From Lepidodermella squamata (lineage: Eukaryota > Animalia > Gastrotricha), in NCBI GenBank assembly GCA_047495785.1, contig JBLDXI010000030.1, positions 1,364,001 to 1,428,000 of the forward strand: a DNA stretch of 64,000 nucleotides. Reading direction: 5' to 3'. How positions within the stretch are numbered: position 1 is the stretch's first letter; each line of letters opens with the position of its first letter. The notes beneath the pieces are model-generated. The model saw nothing but the letters and a program-made list of their open reading frames with translations, did no database searches and was not told the origin of the DNA. Made by a program: the position numbers and the translations under genes. This document shows positions 12,524 to 24,857 of this stretch, one piece after another.

Positions 12524-14060
12524 CAAATAAGGGTTATTCAAATGGAATAGTTTTATAAGGAATTACTTGATCTCACCACAAGTCTCTGAACCACTAAATT
12601 AACTCCAACGAAAAATGTGAGTCTCCACTAGCTCAGTGGCATTATCAATTGTTGAAACATTCCCAGAGACTACGCTCGAATGATAGTCTGAAATTAAGTT
12701 TCTCATCCCAGAACCAATGCAACTCAGTTATCATCACAAACATTTCATATCATGGTCTTTGCAAATGAGGTCGGCAACGCTGGCAATAATTAAGCGTGTT
12801 GATATCGTTAGCGTCGTTAAATAACTCGTTGAATAACTCGTTTACATCCGTTTGAAGTTTGACGGGTGGCAAGAAAAAGCGGGATTTTTTAACGTGAATG
12901 AAGAGGCAAAAACAATAAACTTTTAACTTGTCACCTCTCACTTTCAAATTGACGCAAAAAACCTAAATCCGAGTTATTCAACGACGCTACCGATATGTTT
13001 TCAACTCGTTGTTGAGCCAAATAATATGGAATTGCACGCAGTAATACGAGACCGTCCGCAAGAAAAGCAATAACATGTTTTTTACGATTTGTCATGGAGT
13101 CCACACACAATGGTTGCCCGCTTGTGTATCAAAACAAATAAGCCATGAGCATCGCGTCACTGAGCTGTTGTTGAGTCATTAGCGGCTTTTGCATTGGCTT
13201 TTTTGACAGTGTTTCTTCAAAACAATTGACGTTTTAAACCTAATTAGCGTATAATAGCCGTTGTAAAATGTCGTCGATTACACGCAAGGTTGCTTAAAAT
13301 TACGTTAAAGCGGAATGAAAGCAGTAAACCTTTCTGGCTTCGCTCGCTTTGAGTTAAAATGACAAGTCATTTCGGTAAAAACAGCGAAAAAAATGTTTTC
13401 CATTCCTGGCAGCTCCGATCAATGATCGCACCCTGAATGAAAATATTTTTTTTAACAACGGCTTGCAATTATCGCATACGCGAAAGTAGCAAAATTTTAT
13501 ATTTAAGATAAATAAAGAGAGAATTAAAGAGGAATGAAAGGAGAAGCAGGATTGAAACATTTCACCTAGCTCGGATAATTTAAATGTCAAGCCGAAGTAA
13601 TCCTGTCATTGCTTAAGAACAATGTTAATAATTTTTAGGTACATTAATTCTGGATAATTCTGAGAAGCGGACATGATTTTGCTACTACAAAAACTTCGCG
13701 AAGCAAAACTTTGACAGTTGTGGTGGCCAGTTGGATAGTAAATTTTTTGCAGCGATTCCCAGAGCATATTGTGGTGAAAATTTATATTTTCATTAAAATT
13801 ATCTCAAAACCTTAGCGAAGCATAATTTATCAAAGATTTTGCACATAATGCGAGGATTTCTGTGTGGATCCTTATCATGCCATCAACATGTTTGAGAAAT
13901 TTGCAAACTTTTTTCAAGAGTAAATATTAAATCTTGTAAACTTCTGTATTACAAAATTCGAAGATAGATAGGAAATATCTCAGCACGTCAGTTTTCACTG
14001 ATTCCGATTGGTATGCGTTGCTATTTGATCAACTCACTTCAGGTGTAGTTTTAATTTTTC

Positions 14061-14483
14061 ATGCTCACAAGTCGCCAATTAGAAGCAGCAGTTGAAGCAA
14101 AAAACTTCGAATGGAAGCCGTTGGTCCTGAACAGTGCGCGAAGTAGGATCCTGGAGCTAGGGGGTATTTTCGGGCCCAAATTTTATGACCAAAGGGTCCC
14201 CCCTGTGGTTTTTTGGGGGATTTTCCACTTAGGCCTTGTGAACTGGGGGGTACGATACCCCTCATTCCCCCCCGTACTTCGCGCACTGAATCGTTTTCTG
14301 AAGTCTTTCGGAACAGCCGAGCTTCGCGCCTGGTGCGAATCTCGAACACAAAAGCCCTTCGAGGATAAACAACCCTACGGAGTCGACGAATTGACATCAG
14401 AAAGGAGAAAGGATAGGAAGCAGCTAATGACAATTCTGGGCAATTGTCATAAGCTGCACGTTCCTCCTTATGGGCGTTGCTAG
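14061..14483 (+). CDS. Unknown 140-aa ORF with a diverged homologue at ~5090-5300
   Basis: Protein-level similarity between the two loci on the + strand; no recognisable domain. Confidence 0.35.
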   Translation: MLTSRQLEAAVEAKNFEWKPLVLNSARSRILELGGIFGPKFYDQRVPPVVFWGIFHLGLVNWGVRYPSFPPVLRALNRFLKSFGTAELRAWCESRTQKPFEDKQPYGVDELTSERRKDRKQLMTILGNCHKLHVPPYGRC

Positions 14484-16329
14484 AAGTTTTCAAATTGATG
14501 CCACACGCAAGATGATCCAGGGTGGCCACAATGTCTATATTGGTGGTCATTTTTGAGGAAGTTCATGCCGCTTCATCTTCCGATGGCGGTAATAGTAATT
14601 TCTCGGTTTTGCAATATTCTTCTTTGCTTGACGTTATTTTCTTATTATTTGAAAATGCACTCGAATTAATTGCGGTTTATTTCAGGTTGGCTCGAATGGC
14701 TCGATTAGCTCGATTGGTGGAACAAAAGCATCATACAAAGGGCTTCCATCCCTAACTAATGATTGTTGTCATTTATTCGCGTTTTTACATCAGAACTTGT
14801 GAACAAAATTCGTTTTGATGATGAAATACAAATTGATAATTGTAATATGAATTTTATGCCTACGGGTTAAATGAATACCTGCGAAGAAAAGCATATAGCG
14901 CAAAGTTAAGAGCGGGGATAAATCATCAAAATATATCATAAACCTTTTCGCTTGCTGATAATGGAACAAATTCAGTTTAAATATCCGGAAATCTGAAGCA
15001 TCAATTCCGACCTCGCAACCATTGATAAAAACCCGTCAATGATGCAGGGTATTCTCGAATGAATTATCGTATACGAAGCTGTATGCCATCCCCTGTCGGA
15101 AACGGATAGCCCAACTTAGGCTATTTTTGGAGCGAAAATTTTTGGGCCCAAATACACTCCAGTTTTTGTCCAACTATTTTAGCCTATGGTGAGCCTAAAA
15201 AATTCAGAACTATTATTTCTGCTATTTAACCACCAATTTAGCCTATTTTAGGCTTCTGATAAAGAATTTGAAAATATAATAAAAATATTACCGAAAGCGT
15301 CGAAGTTAGGCCATTCTGGAGGTTCGCAACTGCCATGTTAGGCTAAGTTAGACTTTCAGCTTTTCCGTTGGCAAATATGTGCGAAATTAACGTCCAATTC
15401 AGCCTAAACTGAAGGTTCACCTTTCATTTAAATAGGCTATTAAAGGCCCTCTACTTCCTTTCCGCTCGCTGCTTTCCTCGCCACTTTAGACCCGAAACGA
15501 GACATTAAATCCACATTAATAATTTTTATATTTCATCAATCAAACGATTCGTTTAATTAGTTCAACAAGTCATGATTTAAAAAGGCGAATAGTAGCGACA
15601 GTCAAAAGTTAGGCATCAAAGCCTGTTTATGATGTTCTTGCTCCGGCTGGCCGCTGATAGCCGTCGCTGAGAATAGCTGCTGTAGAGCCAGCTGCTCGGA
15701 AACCAAATTTGCATCGCTAGAAGCCAATCGAGCCATCCTAGCCAATCTGAAATAAACCGGAATTATAAATCGAGTGAATAGTAAAACAACGAGAAATTAA
15801 ATTCAAGCGAAAATTCGCACACATTTTCGAATAATATTATATAACAATTTGATTCTTTCAAACTTTTTCGAATTTTATGAAAAGCTAAATTTGAATGATA
15901 AAAACGGAAAAAATTTGAAAAGCGAAAAAATGGTGTCTTCAACTTTCCCAATGCAAGTTTCCCAATGCAAGTTTACCAATGTGTAAAACTCACTCCAAAA
16001 TGCAATTGAACCGTTACGCTAGCATTTCCTTCCAATCCGCTTCCCAATCTGCAGATTTTATTCAAGTTTACCCAGAACCATTAGCAACAAAATTGCTTAT
16101 TAGGGGGGAAGCTTGCATCGTATCATTTTAATGCGCTATTCATTAACTTTATTATGGCGATCATACTTGGCGATTCATGTCATGAAAATAGTACTCAAAA
16201 CGAATAAGCGTATTCAATCATGCTAATTTTTTAACAGCCATCATCGTTGTTAATAAGAGCCGTGCGCTTCTTCGAGTATTTCGCCGTAATTTTCTTGAAA
16301 GCGGCGTCGATTCGGCGGTATCTCGCCGT

Positions 16330-16450
16330 CTGAGACGCGCGGCACGGTTGTAGCGGCTGTTATTGCCCTCCACGCCGTTGTTCGTGTGAACAACGTCCGT
16401 AAACGCAGTCTTGGTACATTTGTGTTGGGCTATGCCGCGGCCATAATTAA
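16330..16450 (-). mobile_element. Possible MULE transposase remnant
   Basis: HTNNGVEGNNSRYN resembles the MULE TNNxxE motif; no other motifs seen. Confidence 0.3.
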
Positions 16451-16474
16451 GATGCCATAATTCGGCCATACGTC

Positions 16475-17223
16475 CTATGTTCGGCCGGAGAATGGATTCG
16501 GCACGACGATGTACACGTATCTAGTAAGAGAGGTATACAGAACCTGTTAAAGGGCTCATATATAACTTACGATGCATTGCAGCCGGCCACCTCCTGGAAT
16601 TCTAACTTCAACAGGAGTTGATATCGATCTCGGTAGACTTCATCACTCAGAAGCACATCGTATTTCTTGTCCCGATTGAAACGAATTGTTGAGCCGATGA
16701 AATTTTCTTCTGCTGATATCGAAACAGCATGGAAATAGGTTCGCTTGTAACGAAAACCACAGCCGTGATATGAGCTGATGTTGATACCTCGCTCAGTCGT
16801 GAGCAACTCTTGCCAAATTCCAATTGTTTGATAGAAACGATACTTTCTATCAGTGATCTTCTCTAATTGCCCATCAACTTCGATCGATTCTATTTTGAAT
16901 ACAGCATAGTTAGGCACGGGCAGTCTTCTGATGTAGCCAGAATCGTTGTGAAAAAACGATGACAGGTAAATCGATTCCTAGAACAACTTTAAGATGCAAT
17001 AATTTATCAATCAATTTTTACGAACGTTATAGATGGCTGTTCCTATCCTGCCTGATACAAGCTCTGGCAGCAGGTCCGTATCGTCAAAATTGAAATTCGA
17101 CCCGACTTCCGTGTAATCGATTCCAGCCAGAATTTGCGCTATCCATCTGTCTTCGGCTGTAACGATCGATGAAGTTCGCAGCAGTAGGAGTGTAAGTATG
17201 AATATTAATTCTGAAAGTTTCAT
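16475..17223 (-). CDS. Orphan secreted protein, ~216 aa, 3 exons (17026..17223, 16571..16977, 16475..16520)
   Basis: Signal peptide MKLSELIFILTLLLLRTSSIVTA. Two ~50-nt GT-AG introns join the exons into an open 651-nt frame. Confidence 0.7.
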
Positions 17224-17849
17224 TTCCAGTTGTTAGCTTAGCTTTTCTTGTCGAAAAAAGGAGAATAGGGTAACAGATGTTGGAAATCACGAACACGTGT
17301 AAATCGATATTTGCTACTTCAAGATAAGGCTGCTGTAATAATTTAGATTGAGATGGAGTATCAAAGCATCAAAAGAATGTAATTTAGTTAAATCTTTTGA
17401 TAACACGATAAGCTGCATATGCTTCGTTCTGATTTTGTGATTCATTCCTAGCTGAAGCATTTCTGTCATCAAAAGGTCCATACGGTTTGGCTGATCTGAG
17501 ATATCATGGACTTTGAATCGAACATATCGTCTGAGTCTGACAAGACTTGACATTTCAGTCAAGTGAGAGGGTCTCCAAATCAAGTGGAGTATATGAAGCT
17601 CACTTATGATCTCCTCGTTTCGGTAATACTCTATACTCTGATTATACACTTTTTTCATGTTTCGGCGTTTTGAAAATTGAAAATTGTTTGCTTATATTGC
17701 AAATCATGAATCTTGAATTGGATGAGGAGGGGTATTTTCCAATCAGAATTTATCGACTCAAGGCTTGCCCAGACCTGTCGAACTGGAGGTCCCATTGCCC
17801 ATCCCCCTGATCTTCGAAAACAGGATTTTTCTCCCTTTCCAGCCGCCCT

Positions 17850-18175
17850 CTGATCAAGCTGATATTGCTCTGTTTTTGTGAACATCGGTTTATTCGGAAA
17901 TTAAAGTAAGATGCTTGAAATAGCATGAGTAAACAATCCGGAATCCGGAAAGGTTCGTGAGAATTTCGAATTTCGACAACAATTTCAATTATAAGCGAGA
18001 TCAGCCCCACGGATGCGCGGTATCTCACTTCAGCCATTCACTGATCAAGCAGATAATTGCGAAATTTTGTGAGCTTCGGTTTGTTCGGAAACGGAAAAGT
18101 GACGTAAAAATAGCATTGACAATATCCGGGAAGTTTCATGCAAGTTTCTCGGATGCGCGGGTCTCATAGTTCAGT
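17850..18175. repeat. Degenerate ~190-bp tandem duplication immediately upstream of the ATG at 18181
   Basis: CTGATCAAGC..TTTTGTGA..CGGTTT.TTCGGAAA..AATCCGG..GGATGCGCGG recurs at ~17850 and ~18041. Confidence 0.65.
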
Positions 18176-18180
18176 CAATC

Positions 18181-21100
18181 ATGTGGTTTCGAAGTGCGGT
18201 AACCCTACTTGTGACTTTGCAGCTAGCCCTCGAAGGTAGACTCAAATTTTGTCGAATTGTCCTCACAAGATTTAAATATCCTTTCCAGGCCAATCAGCAT
18301 GCCTTGGATTCAGAACTGTACCCGGACAGTACCAATACATGAATGGCTCAAGCGAGGCAACGTCCTATATTTGGAAAAACGTAGCTGAGGAAGATGTGAT
18401 GAAGTCGAAAAACTTCAATGACACGATTCGAGTGATGCTGAACAGTCACGTTGTAAGCACACATCGATGCCAGATCGATGATACATGGGACGTGCCGCCG
18501 AGAAATTGCATACCTGGTGGTAAGACATTTACTGAGAATTTTTCGAAGAAGATAATTTGTCTTCCAGAATCGTGTCCTAATTCCGGAATTTGTGATAATA
18601 GCGGTATATGCAAGTGCCGGTTTGGGTTTCAAGGCTCATATTGCGATAGCAGTAAGAGGAATTGCTTCGAAGTAATGTGCAATTTATAAAAATTTTGCAT
18701 ACAGCTGAGTTCTTTGGTATATGCATGTCGTCTTGTGGCACGATTGATTGCCTGAGTAGTTTTGTTTGCCAATGCCCTGGTAATAGATTCGGCCCAGCCT
18801 GTAAACATGATGCGGAAAAACGATTCAGCAACGCTTTTTGGTACATCGCACCGTGGACTACAATTCGTGGCGTTCAAAGTGGTGTACTTCAAAATTCATC
18901 CTTCGGAAACAATTCCCTTAACCAATGGCGAATTTTCGCAGATGCTGGGAAGGTTCTGAGGTTTTCAAAGATGTACCTGGTAGCAGTTAATGAGAGTGGG
19001 GATCAAATTACAGAAGATGAGGTTCGTATCGAATTTTACGAGGCTAGCTACACTGTCTCCTCTGGCTATGGAAGACGTTTTGCTTCGTTCAAGGCCAGCG
19101 ATCTTGGACCTGGGAATGACGCTAACATCACCAGCGTAGGCTCTTCAGTTCTCGTTTGGATCACCACAAGTGTGAATTCAGTTTACTCCCGTTACGAAAT
19201 TTTTTTCGAACAAGTAGATGCCGAAGTTCCAACCCCTCCAAGTGCAAAGAAAGTCCCGGATATCTATGAAGCCTGTAACGCCTTGGTAACTATCGATTGG
19301 CCCTTCGATGAAACGATCATCGGCGTCGAACCGACAACTCTTGTCAATAAATTCTCTAACAAATGTACTTGGCGCTTTAAAATTCCAGACGGGAGTTCAC
19401 TTGAGTAATTCGATTTTCTATCCCGTTTTCAAGATTAATATCATAAATTTTTCAGGTATGCTTTGCTTAACTACACGGCCAAGGGTGATAACGGTTTTTA
19501 CCTGGAAATGAATACGATAAACTACGACACTGGCAACGTTTTCACATGGATCTCATCAAATGACATCAAGAACAGCGAGAGGATGCTACCAGGGAAGATG
19601 ATGGCCGTTAATTTTGTGAATTCCCATCGCGAGTTTCATGTCTTCTACACGTCAAGAGGCAGCAACTCGGAAAAAACAAATGGATTCTACATCAAGCTGA
19701 AAATGAGTTTCGTTATGCTTTTTTATGTTGCTTATTGATTATCTTCCATCCAAAGCATCGAGCACTACAACGGTTGCGAATTCAAGCACAACAACGACGA
19801 GTCTTGCTTCGCTGAAGAGTAATGTATCGAGTACTACAACATCATTAACAGCGGTTGTGAGTTCAAGCTCTACGACGACGAGTTTCGGGTCGCTGAAGAG
19901 TAACGTATCGATTACTACGACAGCGATCTTGGATTCAAGCTTCACAACAAAGAACCTCGCGCTGATAACGAGTAATGCAAGAAATTCACAGATCAAGGAA
20001 GCGACGGCGATTGATCAAGTTTCATTGTCCGGGCAAATGTCGGTGATTGAAAAGGCTGCGGCTGCTTTTCCAACGCTACCCGAGGAAACAGCCACGCCGA
20101 GGCTGCGAGATTCAGATATTTTGAATGGGAAGTGCCACGACTTCACGGCTGACAGGAGCGCTCCTCCTAACAACGGTAATGCAACTGATATCGGGACGAT
20201 TTTCGTCATTGATCAGTTCTTCGGAATCAAAGAGGTTGATGAGACTATTACGATATCGGGAATCATTCAGCTCCGATGGAACGTGACGACGTGCAAGCGA
20301 GAAGATATTCCTGTCAAAATAGAAGGGCCGGAACGTGTGTTTGTTGGCGATATGTCAAAATTTTGGCTGCCTCCGTTAACATTCAGATCAAGCCCAGACA
20401 ATGTGTACATGATCGACAGCCAACTAGGGGACGATTTCGTATTCGTTGTCAGGCCTACTGATGACATTTTCCTAAACATGCAGTTCTACTGGTCGAAGAT
20501 AGGTGTTTTCGAGTCAACCTGCGATATGGACCTTCGAAAGTTCCCTTTCGATACGCAAACTTGCGAGATCGAGTTCGGCATTCATCGCTCTGTCAATTTG
20601 ACGGCATTTTCTGAGCTAAAAATCATACCACCAGATGACCTGTCCCCCGTTGCCCAGTGGCAGATTCTGCCTGAGGAAACAAAATCCAAAATCAAACTGT
20701 TGTCTGCTCCGACCATTGGTAGCAAAGTCAGCGTGGCTGTTTTCTCGCTGACTTTCCGTAGAAGGCCCAACTACTATCTGTTGAACATCATTGGGCCTTG
20801 CTTGGTTCTAACATTCTTAGAACTGGCTGCTTTCCTCATGCAAGCCAACAAGCCAGATCGAGTGATGTTCGTAGTCACTATCCTGCTGGCTCTTACAGTT
20901 GCCCAGAATCAGGTCTTGCAAGATGTCCCGAAAAGTGCAGCGATGATCCTCTTGACCGAGTACATTTTCTACATGTCGATCTACACTGGGCTGGTCAGTA
21001 TGTACAACCTGTTTCTCGGCTATTTCGCGACTGAAATGGCAAAAGCAGCCAACAAGATGCTGAAATTCGGCTGTCTCCGCATTTCCGTCTTGAGTTCGCT

Positions 21101-21182
21101 GAATGCAATCGGCTTCGCAATGGCAGTTGCTTTTTTCTTCGGAATCAACATGTACGCGATGTATATTCTCAAATACGAATAA
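18181..21182 (+). CDS. EGF/CUB/mucin-fused Cys-loop ligand-gated ion channel subunit, paralogue A1 (~915 aa; exons 18181..18235, 18289..18519, 18568..18651, 18705..19404, 19456..19706, 19756..21182)
   Basis: All five introns are GT-AG, 48-53 nt, and the exons sum to 2748 nt in frame. Signal peptide; EGF-like CKCRFGFQGSYCD and CQCPGNRFGPAC; CUB-like WRIFADAGK...ITSVGSSVLVWITT and CTWRFKIPDG...VFYTSRGS..GFYIK; S/T stalk; Cys-loop CDMDLRKFPFDTQTC; RRPNYYLLNIIGPC (M1) and four TM helices. Confidence 0.92.
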
Positions 21183-21567
21183 GGCTGATTGATGAGACTT
21201 AAAACCTAATTTTCATAATTGGACTCATTCTATATTCGGTGATATCAGCGATGACGAGCTGGCTAATGCCCAGCTCTGAACTTAATTCTCGATCTATTCA
21301 TGCTATTTCTATGCTATTGTATACTATGTTTCGTCCAAGATTTAATATAATCCTTCTCGAAGAAATAACAGACCTGTTTAGAATCGGAAATATTCTAAAA
21401 TATTATCATCAGATTGTTATTGGATTCGGACAAAAGTAGGAAATCGATTGGTAAAATTACGTTTTCATCCACAACATTCAATCAATTGGAGTTACGATAT
21501 AGAACTTCATATCATCGACATTTGCTATTATGGCTAAAGAAGTAACGATTCCTACGCAGAGGTGAGA

Positions 21568-22793
21568 TTAAAATAACATTTCTCTAAAAAGTAAGAAGTC
21601 AGGTATTGTAACAGCCAGACAAATGATTACAAAAGCCGCTATATCCAGAGCTCTGATGTAGGTCAGTTTAGAGCTGGTAAAGCATCTCCGACACCAGGCG
21701 AGATTAGCCACGCCACATGTGACAATCGTGTAGATAGTCAAAACGCCGCCAGCGACGAATTTCCACGTAATCAAAACAGAGATGAAGACGACCTCAGAGG
21801 ATTCTGGAGTCAGCGATGTGATGGCGCTCAAAGTCATTGAATTCGCTAGCACAGCTGTTATGTTTATCGCAGATCTAGGAAAATAATCAATAACAATTCG
21901 AGATTAAGTACTTCTAAATAGATTTCTTACCTATTAGGGTCACTTGGGTCGATGATTAGGGCGATCATTTGAATGAAGAATAGCGTGAAAGGTGGTATGA
22001 AAATTAAAGGCACGTAGTAGATCGCGCGGCGTTGCAGCGTTACATTGTAATTAATTTGGTCGTAAGATGAATGTCTACCAGTTCTTAGATAATCATTAAC
22101 CTGCACGATTGAGACGAATTGCCAAACTTCAGCGCTGCTGAGGAACTTCGGAGTCACATCATAAGGTTGCATAGTGAAGTTGTCGTCGCTTGTCAAGTGG
22201 CTTGAAACGAATTTCAGACCGCAAGAAAACTTGTCGAAAGGAAATTTACTAAGCGAAACGTCCATACAACTGGATACAAAGTTGCCGATTGCAATGATTG
22301 ACGCAGTGAAAACTCGATTTTTGCTCGTCACTTTGATCCAATCGCTCTTCGTTGCCATGACATTAGGCTCGCCATTAGCTGTATTCTCATGCAGGACTTT
22401 CGGGTACCAAATTGGCCGGTCCTCCGGGCGGCCAACTGGTAGGTTCAAGGTGATTTGGTCTTTCCTGCATACGATCTTAGATTGGTTGTTAGTTAGCACG
22501 GAGCATTCGACTGGTTTCTCGCAATTGTAACGCCAATCGAATTGAAGCGCGCCGAAAATTGTCATCGTTCGTTCTACGTCATTGATGTCAACGAGACGGA
22601 GGAAAGTGAACGAAGCATTTACCGCCAATGGTTGCGGATTAGGGCAGCGTAGCTTCACATCGACGGGTAGATCGGGCGATGTCATGTCGGGGTAACTGTT
22701 GGTTAAATCGTCCCATACCTGAGAGATAGTCGGCTTTGTTGAGGCACAAACTGGGGCAAACAGAGATAGAATAAAAGCTAGTCGAAATTTCAT
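21568..22793 (-). CDS. Divergent Cys-loop channel subunit, clade B1 (~389 aa; exons 21931..22793, 21568..21874)
   Basis: Signal peptide MKFRLAFILSLFAPVCA; loop CMDVSLSKFPFDKFSC; LQRRAIYYVPLIFIP (M1); PNR|SAINITAVLANS (M2); the intron splits the Arg codon. Confidence 0.9.
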
Positions 22794-23497
22794 TGCAAAA
22801 TGCGGAATTGAAGCACTGGAAAAAATTAGGGTTGATTGGAGCAGCGATGAGCAAGGCGGAAGTTGGCAATTTTTCAAATATTTACTCGTATAAGCGGAAT
22901 CATTCAGTGAGGCCATTATTTTCAGTAAAACTCGAAGCCGGAAATCCGACAGAACCTCTCCTCTGGGATTCGGAATTAGAAGTTCATGAACTAGGCCAGG
23001 GATCATGTTTATTAACCCTAAAAGCTTCAGCATTTCAAGTAGGGTGCGATCTTGGATTCTGGAGCTGCCAGGGATGGACAAAAATTTGTTGCTGCATTTG
23101 CCGAAGTCATTTCAGGTAAAAAATCGAGCGAAGCGAGAAAATTTGAAGTTTTTCCACTAACACACGCTCCAAAATCTCTGAAAATTTACGAATCAGTGGG
23201 AATCAGTGAGAACTCTTCAGAACTGTCGCGTCTGATTTTTCTGACCGGCTCCTGTCCGTGTTTGCAGTCATAAAAGAGAATTTAGGGACCTTAGTGGGAC
23301 TAATTGAGTAATTTTGAATCTGAAAGTCCTATTTTGAAAGCATATTATTCTTAGAAATCAGGGTGCTTGGTGCTCAATAAATCCTGAAATCAGCCGGGCC
23401 GAGAGAGCGATATCGACAACATTTCAAACAGTCTTAACTGGGATAGCTAGAGACATGCAGGTTTGAAAATCTTGATCAGGGCCTTCGTAAACTACTA

Positions 23498-24568
23498 CAG
23501 TGTGGTCTGAAAATAGTAAAGGAACGCGCATTTCTTCAAATAATTGCGTTTTCAGATAATGATCACGAGGCTAATCAATTTCTTCAATCTATTGATCAAC
23601 TTCAATTCAATGGCGCACATCAGATTAGACAATTTCGACGGGGAAAAGGAAATCAGTCCGTATAATTTAAAAATCATAAAAACAAAATCGTAATTTGAAA
23701 TAAGGATTAAGAGAGGAGAGGCTATGTTAAAGAGAAGGTTCCTGGTTGCACCTGCGAAAGATGACCCAAAATATCAAAGACCTTTCCTATATGTATATAG
23801 TTGGCTCCAAGCATAGCCCTGTAAGCAGAAAAGCCATATTTAGACTAACCCTTACGGAGTCATCGTGCAGGTGGATCTTCGCTAAGCATGTGTCCCTACC
23901 GCCAATGTCGCCGAATTCACTAATATTTCAATGATAAAAAAGCAGATTTTCAGGTCAAGAAATTTTAACGAAGGAAATTTCCCAGGTTCTCAAACTGTTA
24001 ATAACAAGTTCAACAACACCTTAAAAGGCACTTTAAATTCGTCTTCTACCGAAGAATTCCAATTAATTTGGAGTTCAAACCTTTCGTAAATACTTTGACG
24101 TTTACGTAGAATTAGCTCTTTTTTCCTAGATTCGCGTCTTCACCTTCACTTATGCCTCACCTCAATAACTAACTAGGCCAGATAATTGAAGGTATGAAAA
24201 GGCATATTATTTTTTCTGTCACAAAAATAAGTCCTAATCATTGTGCTAGAACATTTCACTTTTTCAAATTTTCTTCCGGGCTCTTCTCTTACTGCGTGTC
24301 TCCTTCACGGATATGTAATTAGGTAACTCTAAACCGCGTTAGTTTATAGCTTCGATAAACAAGTTTCTGAATTCTTTTTAATAAAGTCAATTTCCATTTA
24401 AAATAATAATTTTTTTGAAAATGAAAAAAGCTGATGGAGAAAATGAACTCCAACTACTGCGTAGATACAAGTTCATGTGCCCATCACATGATAACCATCA
24501 TTCAGTTTAATTTTCAACTACGATTCGCGAATTTTAAGTCGCAGCTTTACTAGTTTCAGACCACACTG
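23498..24568. mobile_element. Tc1/mariner-like non-autonomous element
   Basis: 24-bp TIR CAGTGTGGTCTGAAA(A/C)TAGTAAAG with TA on both sides. Confidence 0.85.
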
Positions 24569-24857
24569 TATAAATGCTATTACTACTGGAATCTGAAAAA
24601 TATTTTTCCCTACCTGATATCAAGACTTCTGCCGTGGTTTGCGAAGGATTTTCTGAATCCGTTTGGCCTGTCCTTTTCGCGAGGTCAAATGGATGTTTTT
24701 CTCCGATATTATTATTGCTGTTGACTCTGCGGCTATTCCTGTAGTAATAACACATTTATGAAATACGAAAATAGCTCTGAAACTTGCAATATCCTGTTTT
24801 ACAGCTGGGATTCATCTAAGCCTACCCTGCGTGTCAGAACGCATTTTTGATTTGAAA

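Noticed and set aside
19725-21182. Calling the channel ORFs ordinary nicotinic acetylcholine receptor subunits with a gene symbol
   Set aside because: They lack loop B Trp and loop C YxCC, have no signal peptide of their own and splice to upstream exons; orthology cannot be assigned.
22794-23081. Long N-terminal extension of ORF 21927..23081
   Set aside because: It begins in a hAT-type repeat (the same IPGSSRIQDRTL text appears at ~3.9 kb). The signal-peptide ATG at 22793 matches the start of paralogue B2.
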